A stretch of 63,375 nucleotides of DNA, counting the filler, from Pelomyxa schiedti (taxonomy: Eukaryota; Protista; Evosea), in the NCBI GenBank assembly GCA_020536535.1. It is 8 parts of 8 records of this genome, joined end to end, with 100 filler letters (N's around TTAATTAATTAA, not from the genome) between each part and the next. Parts side by side here need not be neighbours in the genome. Positions count along the whole stretch, not along the records: positions 34,868 to 37,009 come from JAHLWZ010002110.1; positions 37,110 to 57,734 come from JAHLWZ010001086.1; 6 more parts are not named here. One strand, given 5' to 3'. Position numbers and translations under genes: made by a program. A model generated the notes under the pieces. It was not told the origin of the DNA. It searched no databases and worked only from the letters and a program-made list of their open reading frames with translations. Each line of letters starts with the position of its first letter. The first letter of the stretch is position 1. Shown here piece by piece: positions 34,768 to 45,681 of this stretch.

Positions 34768-36152
34768 NNNNNNNNNNNNNNNNNNNNNNNNNNNNNNNNN
34801 NNNNNNNNNNNTTAATTAATTAANNNNNNNNNNNNNNNNNNNNNNNNNNNNNNNNNNNNNNNNNNNNTCAGGGGTAAACTCGATGTGGAAAACGAATTCA
34901 TGCAGAAATAACTCGAGTTATCTGGGGAAAACTCGATTTATTGGGTCTCCACCGAAGTCGTACCCCAAAAACTAGACTTTGTTCCAATGTTTTAAAATTT
35001 TGGCGGCAAATTTAATTTATTTATGGCGTTTCGTGTAATGGTGGAGCGTGGGTGGTGCTGGCATGTTTCTTGGTGTAGATACCACAGGTGAGTGTTGGTG
35101 ATTGTTTGTGTTGCCGGAACTGATCTAGGGCCTAGGGCCAGCCTGGGGCAGGGGTTCTCCTGAATGTAAATGAGATTGAAGTAGTTAATAGGGTGAACAT
35201 GCCGGCAGTGCTTCCTTTATGCTACTGTCACCAGGATCAAGGCTGTACACCTTCGTGTTCTTGGTAGAAAGGAAAAAAAGACTTGGTTTATGTATAGTGT
35301 AGCAAGTTAGAACACAATACAAATGAAATAGGGACTAGACCTGAGCATTACTGTTCTCGAAATAGTGCCCCAGAGGGACAAGAAAAAGGGCTTGGTCCTA
35401 TGTCGAGGACCTGAGAGTTGTTGCAACCGTTGTAGACCAATGTTACCTGTAGTGCAAGTTTGATAGGATACAAACGAAAGAGGAAAACAGACCTGATATG
35501 CTTGGTGCATGGTGGCATAAAGCCGGAAACTACAGACCCCTGTCAAAGGGGGAGCACGGTGCCACTATTGGCTGGTGCTCTGTCAAGGAGTGCTACGAGA
35601 GGGGCAAAGGTATGGGAGTCCCAACAACGAGAGGTTCCTCTACATAGTGGTGCCAGCTTCGTCAAGGTATCATGCCTGCAACTGGTGGAAATATGGAAGG
35701 CGTGACATTGTCTATATATATGAGAATGCATTAACGTGGGAGAAGAAACAAATACCAACCGGCATGTTCACGTCCGAACTACTTCAATCAAATTTACATT
35801 CAGGAACAGTGGCACAAGTTCTCCTTATTTTTCTCCCCAGTTTTCCACAGTGGTTGTTGTCCATCTCCTGTATGGGTCCATGTCTAGTGTAACAAAGCAA
35901 GTTAGAACACAATACAAATGGAACAGGGGAACAGACATGGGCATGACAGGTTGCATGACGGAAGAACCAGCTGGGTGCAACCAGGGATGAGTATGCTGAA
36001 GTAAAGGGATTGCCTGATACCCGCTGAAGGCATTATTTGGTTGGTGTGTTTTTCCCTGGGTCACGGGCGTTCATCTGCTCGCTGCACACTCCATTACGAC
36101 TTGATCTACATTTGGTCGACATTGGTATCCCCCTACTGCACACCCACGGGGC

Positions 36153-36270
36153 CTACGCCACACGACGCTCGTAGTAGCGACGTATTCAACACACAATTTC
36201 AACGACCATTGTGATCTCGTTGAAACTGAGATCTTATAAATGCTACGCAGTGGAATGGTGCCAAAGGTGT
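36153..36270. repeat. Dispersed repeat R, internally deleted copy
   Basis: ctacgccacacgacgctcgtagtagcgac...aacgaccattgtgatctcgttgaaactgagatcttataaatgctacgcagtggaatggtgccaaaggtgt aligns with 27754-27928. Confidence 0.88.
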
Positions 36271-36713
36271 TCGGTGGCAGCCCATACATAAAGTTTTTTT
36301 TTTCTTTCTTTCTTTTTATTTTCCTCCACTGACGATCTCTCACATGTTCCAACACACCAGAACTCCAATACAACAAAATAAAATAAAACCCAGGATGGGT
36401 TCCCATTACTATCCATTTTTCACATCAGCAGCATTAGAAGAAGTCTGTGCCGGAGTGGCACTGCAACATTCAATGCAACTATTGTCTGGAACATTCCCAC
36501 TGCTAATTGGGGTGCACCAACACCATAGTGGCTGCTGTCTTTTTTGTCTGTCACAACATGAATGACGATCCTCCACAGACACTTCCCAATCTTACCACCT
36601 TGCATTAGTTCCAATCCCGATTCCCATTCCCATTCCTGTAGCGTCTTTACCTTCTCCAAGATGCATTGATTTGTCTGTGGAGGATCGTCATTCATCAACC
36701 ATAACTGGATCAT

Positions 36714-36846
36714 GGGCGAAGGGGCGAAGGTTTTTGCTGTCACATTCCTCTGGAAACCTTCGCCCCTAGGGCGAAGGTTTTTCCTCTCAAAAAGCCTTGC
36801 CCCATGGGGCGAAGCTTTTCCTGGGGTGAAGCTTTTTGAGAGGAAA
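36714..36846. repeat. Nested palindromes built from the motif GGGGCGAAG(G/C)TTTT
   Basis: Six to seven motif copies in both orientations; perfect 12-bp hairpin 36754-36780; perfect 16-bp inverted repeat 36780-36795 / 36831-36846. Confidence 0.9.
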
Positions 36847-37112
36847 TAAGGTAAAAAGGTAGTATTTGATAAAAAACACTGTTAAACTTCTTTTTGCAAA
36901 AAGTGTGCTAGTGACAACAAAGCAGCCATTTGGTTCATCAAGCATTCCCAGGAGTTTTGGGCATCAGAAGATGACAGCCTACCTTTGCAACATGTCTGTT
37001 TCAGGTGTTNNNNNNNNNNNNNNNNNNNNNNNNNNNNNNNNNNNNNNNNNNNNTTAATTAATTAANNNNNNNNNNNNNNNNNNNNNNNNNNNNNNNNNNN
37101 NNNNNNNNNACG

Positions 37113-38900
37113 ACTCCAACGGCGACTACAACGGCCGCGGTCAGCGTGGTGTCGCGGGCGGCGTCGTTCCTGCCGCACAAGCAGCCGGCGGACGGGCACG
37201 CGAAGAAGGGGCGGCAGGCGGACGAGAACGGGCGGGCGGTGGAGTGCGTGGTGTGCACGCCGAGCCTGCCCAAGCTCATGGGGTCGCTGCACCCCGCGGG
37301 GTCGCTGTACGAGAGGCCGGTGGACCTCAAGCTCGCGACCGAGCAGCACGCGGCGCTGAGGGCCGCTCTGGAGAAAAACGGCGTGAAGGTGCACGAGGTT
37401 CATCAAGTGCTCATTCAAGATGCTGACAAGTACGAGCTTTTAATTCCACTTGTTTTTTTTTTTTGTTTTTGTTTTTGTTTTTGTTTTTGGTTTGAATGAG
37501 TGGCTTAATTTGGTTGCACAAAAAGGAGTTTTGGTGCTAGACTTGCCCTAGAAGAATTAGCAGCTCATTGCCTTATATACGTAAAGGCACCACCTTCGGC
37601 TTCTCATTCACCCTCAAGTTGTGCCCCGTGCACGTCTGCTGTTAATGTACACTAGACTTGCATAGACGATGCAACTTATGCCAACCATGTATCAGGTTGT
37701 GGAAGCTGATGTTGATCATTATGTATCGGACACCTATAAGCGGCAAGTTCTTGAAGGAATGGCACCTTCTCAACTTGCCGCGATTGTTCTGACCAGGCCT
37801 ACCGTTGTTGTGGAACCTTCCTTCAGGGACACAGGCGTCACAGCAACATACACATTCAAACCCCTCACGAATATCACCTTCACTCGAGACCAACAGATCA
37901 CAACCTGTTCGGGAATCGTCATGGGAAGGTTGATGTCTGAGCAAAGGATGGCAGAAGTAGATATAATGGAGTTTTGCCTTCGCAAGGTATGTTGTGGGAA
38001 TTTGTATTTTCGGTTAGTGACCTTCTGCACAGCTTGGATTTCACATTAGTGGGCGTGTCCCGCCCCCTGGGCACTTGGAAGGTGGCGATTTCTTCCCTGC
38101 TGGGAATGAACTGTGCTTTATTGGTATTGGACTTCGATCTGATATGCACGCTGTCAAGGTAGTTTTCTCTAACCCTCCCATGCGTATCAGTACCTGACTC
38201 GACCTCCCTAGTATCTGCTGGATCAGAACCTTCTTGGGACTCGGAGTGTTGCTGTTGTGGAGGACCGCTTCGAGCAGCACCAGTACAGGATGCACTTGGA
38301 TTGCGTTTTCAATATTATCGGCCCAAAGCTATGTGTGATGTTGGAAGATATGATTGGAGAGACCAGCACTACAAAGAGACTGGTTCACGAGGTGTGATTT
38401 TGTTGATACCTACAGAACAACTGTTGTATTCTGTGTTTTGAATGTGTGCCCCGTATATCTAACAACCATTTAAGTACTCCCGCGAAACAGACGACTCTCC
38501 TTATCGTCTTGTGCAAGAGAATGTGGAATTTTCTACGTATTTGAAATCGAAAAACTATACCATCATACCCATCAGTGGGCAAAGCCAGCTATCTTATGGT
38601 TGCAACATGTTGAACTTGGGTGATGGCCGGGTGTGTCTACCATTAGTGAAACCCCCTGAATAACTTGTTGAAATAAAGATTATCTCGGTGCACAGTCCCA
38701 CGGCCCGGAAAATAGCTGCACATCCTGCATTCCAAGGAGGTTTTACCGTTCTTCATTGTTTTTCCAAACACAACAAGATACACGTCCCTTTCACATCATC
38801 TCATCCCCTTCACAAAGATATCTCACATGTAGATATCTCACAAATCACTGCCTGCTATGGAGCCGTTCACTGTGCCACACAAGTTGTTTTAAGGGACTGA
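37113..38900 (+). CDS. ADI: Arginine deiminase (amidinotransferase superfamily), multi-exon, 5' end in gap
   Basis: LHPAGSLYERPVD...EQH, PLTNITFTRDQQI, GHLEGGDF, IGIGLRS, MHLDCVFN, YGCNMLNLG, ITACYGAVHCATQV: catalytic Asp/His/Cys motifs present. Confidence 0.93.
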
Positions 38901-39172
38901 CTGGGGGGGTTGCTCTTAATACAAAAGAAAAGAAGAAAAAAAAAATTTTTTCCAAGTACCGCTTTGGTTGGGTTCTGTGGTGGAGTTCCTCTTCACCTGT
39001 TGTTGCAGGCCTCCGACCTGGGAATCAAATCCACCAGGAGGAAGGGCAAAACCGAAGTAGAAACTTCTGCGCAAGAAAACAACCCTGGCGCTGGTTGTTC
39101 TCAGACAAACCTCTTTTTCCATCCGCAGCCACCGCTTCATTTCTCATTATGGGAATCTGAGCCAAAGTCAAA

Positions 39173-40198
39173 ATGTCTGGTCCCGGTGGCTGTGGCAGGT
39201 GCCAGGGCAGGTTGCCAGATTGTTCCTCCGCAGTAGCTTCTACTGGCGCCTACACATCTGACGGTGCAGCCACCAGACCATGTAGTTCCAGGGGGCACTC
39301 CTCCGTTCCCCCGCCTCCCTTCTCGTGGGAGCCCACTTTCGTCCTGCCCCAGCACCCCCTGGAGCCCTGCTGCGAGGGGCGCGCCGAGGCCCTCACCGAG
39401 GCGGCGGCCACGACCACGACGACGACGCAGTACGAGCAGCTGCCCACCNNNNNNNNNNNNNNNNNNNNNNNNNNNNNNNNNNNNNNNNNNNNNNNNNNNN
39501 NNNNNNNNNNNNNNNNNNNNNNNNNNNNNNNNNNNNNNNNNNNNNNNNGGAGCCCACTTTCGTCCTGCCCCAGCACCCCCTGGAGCCCTGCTGCGAGGGG
39601 CGCGCCGAGGCCCTCACCGAGGCGGCGGCCACGACCACGACGACGACGCAGTACGAGCAGCTGCCCACCACGGGCTGGTTGTTGTCACCAGCGGACGTGG
39701 AGCAGGCGGGCCCTCCTTCTGTTCCGCCCTCGTCCGAGTCCGCCACGCCGCCTCCGCCATTGGCCTCGCCACGCGGCGGAGGGTACGAGGGCGTGGAAGT
39801 TATGCAAGTTGGGGGACACCGTGTGGTTGTTGTGAGCAGGCAAGTGCTGTCTAGGCTCACCTGCGAGTGCTTCAGGAGGATCAATCACCTGTATGCCCAA
39901 TGTAACACTCACTCGCCTTTTGTGTTGGATTTTTGTATCTTGCGTGCCATTTGCCCGCTGTTTTTGACCTCTTCACTATAAATTGATGGGAGGGTAGATA
40001 TCGTGCTTCTCATCTGAAGCAACTGCGTGAGGTGTTCAACGACCCTGGAGCATCAAACAATGACAGATTCGTTTGCTTGGAGCTTCTCCACAATGCTTGC
40101 CTGTCCTCAGAATGGAAACTTCCCATGTGCCAAGACACTGGGACTGCCATTGTTATGGCAAAGAAGGTTTTGGTTTTATCTTTCTGATCTTTTTTGTA

Positions 40199-40230
<32 letters not shown>

Positions 40231-41975
40231 TACACTGCCTAACAATTTGAAGGGTGAGTATGTGTGGACTGAAGGGGCTGAGCCTGATGAGGAAGCACTG
40301 TCTCGTGGGATCTATGATGCATATACAAAATATAACTTCCGCTATTCACAAAATGCTCCCTTGGCAATGTGTTCAGAAAAAAATACCAGAACAAATCTTC
40401 CCGCACAGGTACGAACAGAAAATAGTTTCAATTCAACAAATTAATACAGATTGACATTTCAGCTGTGAAAGGGGATACATATGAATTTCTTTTCATGGCT
40501 AAAGGTGGTGGCTCTTCAAATAAAACATTCCTCTTTCAAGAGACTGCTGTGCGCATCATCCCCAAACACAAAATACAATATAATGCAATCCTGTACACTT
40601 TTTGACACTGCAGCTTCTCTCCTATTAAAAAGGCGATTTTAAATCCAAGTTCCCTGTTGAACTTTGTGAGGCAAAATATCCACAAGCTTGGCACATCTGC
40701 CTGTCCACCGTATCACTTGGCATTGGTGATAGGAGGTACCAGCCCAGAGATGAATCTCAAAACTGTCAAACTTGCTTCTGCTCACAGTTTAGATGAACTA
40801 CCCACTAGTGGTATGACCTTCCACACTGAATAGGCGATGCTTGTTTGGTTTTTTTTTTCCTTTTCACCTGGAATACCAAAACAAGAAAAGGTTCTGAGCA
40901 AGGAAGAGCGTTCCGAGATTTAGAATTTGAGTCACTTGTCTTACGTGTGTGTCAAGAATGTGGTGTTGGGGCACAGTTTGGAGGGAAGTATTATGCACTG
41001 GATGTAAGGGTCATCCGGTATGCTGTAAATACATAACTTTACTGCCCATACACAAATTTCTAAACTTCCCCTAATGAAGATTATCGCGGCATGGTGCATC
41101 TTGCCCCATTGGCCTGGGTGTTTCATGTTCGGCAGATAGACAAATGAAAGCAAAGATAACTGCCCAAGGAATCTTTGTTGAAAAACTGGAAACATGTCCT
41201 TCAAAGTATCTCCCCTCTGATGAAGTACAAAGACAGGTTTATAGTGCATTGGTGACACCCATTGACCTGAATGTACCAATGGCAGACATTGTTGCCCAAC
41301 TTGATAAACTAAAGGTATACCTTTTTCTCTTAAATTTACATTAATGGCTTTTCCAGCCTGGATCCCGGGTGTCACTTACAGGCTCACTCATTGTAGCACG
41401 CGATCTAGCGCACGCCTGGTTCATGTCCGAGTTATCTACAAAAGGTTCCCTTCCCGAGTACCTCAAGAATCACATTGTGTATTATGCAGGACCAGCCAAA
41501 ACCCCTGGTATTCCCCCAATAGCACTTCCTTCACTCCGCCTTGTTAATGATTTTTCTAAAATTCCTCCCTCCCACCCGAAACAGAGGGAATGGCTAGTGG
41601 ATCATTTGGACCAACCACAGCCGGCCGCATGGATTCATATTTGCCTCAGCTTATGGCACACGGTGCCAGTCTTGTAACCTTGGCCAAAGGTGACAGGTAT
41701 AAGAAGCCAAATGGGGAAATGGAATTCATCATTCCGCGTACCAACACAATACTGACAGGTCACAGCTTGTGACAGACTGCTGCAAACAGTACGGTGGGTT
41801 TTACCTTGGGTCCATTGGGGGACCTGCTGCAAAGTTGGCTTCTGAGTGCATCCTCAATGTTTCATTGGTGGACTGTGGACACTTGGGAATGGAGGCTGTT
41901 TGGAAAATCCAAGTCCAGAACTTCCCTGCCTTTGTGATTGTGGACAACAAGGGCAACAACATGTTTTCATCATAA
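39173..41975 (+). CDS. fumA: Class I (Fe-S) fumarate hydratase, FumA/B type, multi-exon
   Basis: [119 protein letters not shown]. Confidence 0.96.
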
Positions 41976-42016
41976 ACGGAGAACAAAAAAGAAATGAAAA
42001 AAAAATAAATCATCTT

Positions 42017-43465
42017 TCAGTGCTTTGTTTGCTTCTTATTGCTATTCATGAAAGCAAGGAGAGCAAACGCGGCTGTAAAGAAGAGCCTCATTGAGTGGCT
42101 TGCCAAGTGACCAATAATGCCAAGCCTGCAGTCAAAATAGAAGGGTTTGCCTTGGTATTGTGCCCAAAATTTGGCATCCTCAGCAACAAACCGGGATGCT
42201 CCCTTTTGCATTTGGAACTTGAAAATCTGTTACAAGAGCTCAGTTTGCGATAATGCTTTTTATCTAAGAATTGCATATTATAGTAGTCTCTGAATTTAAG
42301 ATAAGAATGACAAGGGCTACAAACCTCATAGAATGAGGGGGAGCGGTGACTATGTGGTGTGAGTGCTGTGGCAAGCATGTTTAAAACAATCTTCTTCTCA
42401 GAGTTTGTCAACTCAGTTTTTTTGTATCCAGCATCAACTAAGAAGTGAGTCATATTGGGATGTAAAAGTCCAAATCCCCTCAGATATACCAACACGCGAA
42501 ATTGTCCCACAAGGGTGGCAGCCAATATGCAATCCCACTTCCTCAAGATAGTTGGAAACCCTGTCCGCATACACAGCGGCTGTTGTTGATACTGCCCGGC
42601 GAAAAGTTAAAGCAAGAAAATAGTTTTGACCAGTGCAAATAGTGTGAACATACCTGCTACAAAAGGGATGCCTGGGAGGAGAGGCCTGTGGATGCGCCAG
42701 GCCAGTCTGTCAATTAGACTCTTCATAACTCCGGAAATGTGAAGAGAATATACAGGGGATGACATCACCAAGGCATCGCAATCCCTGAGCTGGGTGTGGG
42801 ATTTAAGTGGCAATCGTCACGGAAAAGGAACTAACCAGAGGATATAAATCAGAATAAAACCGGTCCTGAGATTTCGATAAGGGGCAGTCTCCTCTTGTTA
42901 TGCACGAGAGGCATCCTAGGCAATGCTCCAGGTTCAGTTCTGAGGCATGAACAATTGTGACCTTAACGCTGAAAATTCAGCATGGAGTGGAAGAAAAAAA
43001 AGGGAAAACCTTGAAGATAGGTTTGGAAGTGGCTTTGGAAACAAAAGATTCGGCATATGCCTTGACTGCCAGAAGAGTTGCAGCGGTGGAACCACATTTT
43101 CTAGGTGATCCATTGATGCACAACACTGAGTACTGTTTTTCCTTGTCATAGGACAATACCCTCTTTTTGTCACCTACACAGATTTAGTGGCCAAGGCACT
43201 AAAAGAGGCCAAAAAAAATGCCACAGAAGCTACGAAAATCAAAAACAAACAGGAAAAACCCCGGACCTGACGTGATGTACCACCAGTGAATTGTGGGATA
43301 CGCCACAACAGCGAGGCACAGCCACAGCGCCCCGTACGGCGACAGCCACCCCGCCCCCACGAGCACCCCCACCAGCGACGCCGCCGCCCTCGCCGCCCAG
43401 CCCCCCAGCAGCCCCGCGGCCACCGTCACCGCGCCGAGGCACGCCCACACCACCCCCGCGCCCAT
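42017..43465 (-). CDS. NADPH-dependent FMN reductase / iron-sulfur-flavoprotein-like protein with N-terminal hydrophobic helices, multi-exon
   Basis: Exon 1 is hydrophobic (MGAGVVWACLGAVTVAAGLL...WWYITS); then VLCINGSPRKCGST, HCLGCLSCITRGDC (Cx2Cx2Cx5C), DCDALVMSSPVYSLHISGVMKSLIDRL, VSTTAA, FQMQK...KFW...PFYFDC. Confidence 0.82.
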
Positions 43466-43525
43466 TTCCGCAGCGCCCCTGCTCGAGTTTCGGCGCAAGT
43501 CGCCGCTGTTACGGAATTTTACGAA

Positions 43526-45634
43526 ATGTCAACGGGCGGCGGGGACGAGGCGAGTAGGCAGGCGCGGCTGGAGGCTCTGCGGATGGAGGCCCTGGCGCCG
43601 CCGGCTCGGCGGCAGGCGCAGCGGCTGGTGCTGGACGAGGTGGAGGCGTCCACGCTGTGGCTGGAGGTCTACGCCCCACTGGGCTCCCTCGCCCCGGGAC
43701 ACGGCTACCACGTGCGGCCGCGGGACCCCTCCGAGCCCAGCGGGTACCTCTGGCTGGAGCGGGACCCCCCGCCGGCCATCCGCGGCGTGCCCCCGTGGGT
43801 CCGCCGGCTGGACCCCGCGGACGTCGACTCGACGCGGGGGGATGACCCCTCCCGGGTGCATTTTTGTGGGCTGGGGGCGTTCTCGCAGGTGTGGAGGGGG
43901 GTGTGGGAATCAGGCGAGGTGGCTGTGAAGAAGCTGAACAAGGACATGCTTGTAAGAGTACAGGAGGATTTACTGGTATGCCCATATTATTGGTTATTAT
44001 TGGTTGGTCACTCACTGTTGGTGTTACTTGTTATTGTTGCTTGTGGTTTTCTGACTTCATTGCTCGTTATTTGTAATGGAGGAAGTATGGTGATTGAAAA
44101 AGCAATAATACTTTTAGGGGTGAAGAACATATTTCAATGAAGCGTTTTGTTTGGCAACATGGATAACATCACACAACAAATGCTTGCCATTCATTTTTTC
44201 CCCCTCATTAGGTTTATGTAAAGTTGCCATGGCACCCAAACATAGTTCCTTGTTTTGCAGCCACCCCAGACCTAGGTGCACTTGTTCTCGAATGTGAATC
44301 ATTTTCATTGGGTGCATACCTAAGGGAAGATGGTATTCAGCGCCAAGAGAACGGACTGTCACCAAAAGAAATTTCTTGGGTGGCAGCCGACATTGCTTGT
44401 GGCTTGAGATTCCTGCACTCGTGTGGATTCATGCACAATGACTTGACACCTGACAACGTTTTGATGTCACCTAATTGGCATGTTAAACTGGCTGATTTAT
44501 ATGCCTGCACATTTCTGATGAGAGACGAATATCCTGAGCCCGCCTGCGGGTGCACTTCAGAACCTGGTGGAGAGATTGAGAGATCTCTTTGTGCTGCCCA
44601 CAACACAGAACGATTGAGACGAAATCTTGCCTGGGTATACACTGAAGGTATATGAACTGAAATATGAGTTCAAGTTTAGTGTGCTAAATGCCGCCAGGGG
44701 AAGTACCTTGGGTGATACTCCAACTTTTATTCATTGGTCAGAGGGATCAAAACTCCTATTTTTATGCAATGCCAGGAAATGCCCTTTCCCTTATTATTTC
44801 ATTCATCGCTCCAAAACCCTGTTTGCGTCCGGTGTGACTTTCAATTTCTTTTTTTTTTTTATTTAACCATATCCACTAACAGCAACGCAGGCAGATAACC
44901 ACGTCACAACTTTTTCCTCTTTTCAGAAGGAACTTAGAGGAGTCTATGGCCCCAAAGGTACTGAGATTGTTTGGCATTAACCCATATTTCGTTCGAATGA
45001 ACTCATGAAAATCACAGAGGATTTGTGGGCCCTTGGAATTGTGGTAGCACTTTTGGCACTTCCACATCACAGAAAGTTGAGGTGTCTGTGTCCCATTTAT
45101 GACGAATCTCTTCTTGCGGATACCACCGAAGCGGAACTTGGAGGTTAGCCCATCAAATGTTTTTTTTTACATCGCACCAATTCCATTCACAGACATTATC
45201 CACAGACCTCCTGGTGCAATTGAAAGAATTATCTTTTTGCGAAGTCTGTGTTTGAAGATACTTGAGGAGGTCTATGGACATTGCCCTTTTGTAAATGCAA
45301 TCAAGAAGTGCTTGTATCTCAGTTCCAAGCGGAGAACCACAGCTCCAGAGTTGTGTGATAAACTCAGTTGCATGTGCATTCCCTGTTTATTTGGAATAGA
45401 ACCACCAGCGGAACCACTGGGAACTCCTTCATGGAATGCCATTGCACACCACGAAGGTATAGTGCAAGATAGATCAACGAGAAAAGTGATTTAATGTATT
45501 CCTTTACAGGCTCCTTGTTGCCAGATTTAATTGGTCCAACAATCAGCGGAGACAACCTGGGCCAAGTAACACTCACTCTACTATTACGATCTAATTTACT
45601 GCAGATGGTGGCAAAATGTCCGCATTACCACTGA
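43526..45634 (+). CDS. TKL-like protein kinase with divergent motifs, multi-exon; 3' end uncertain (45494 or 45634)
   Basis: GLGAFSQVWRGVW...VAVKKL, HPNIV, IACGLRFLHSCGFMHNDLTPDNVL...VKLADLY, CLYLSSKRRTTAPEL. Confidence 0.78.
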
Positions 45635-45681
45635 ATCCTGTCAAATGCCCAATAAAAATTATCTGTAAAACTCTTTATTTT

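Noticed and set aside
39328-39669. Exact 121-bp direct repeat flanking a 100-N gap inside the fumarate hydratase gene
   Set aside because: Same assembly artifact; removing one copy restores a continuous frame.
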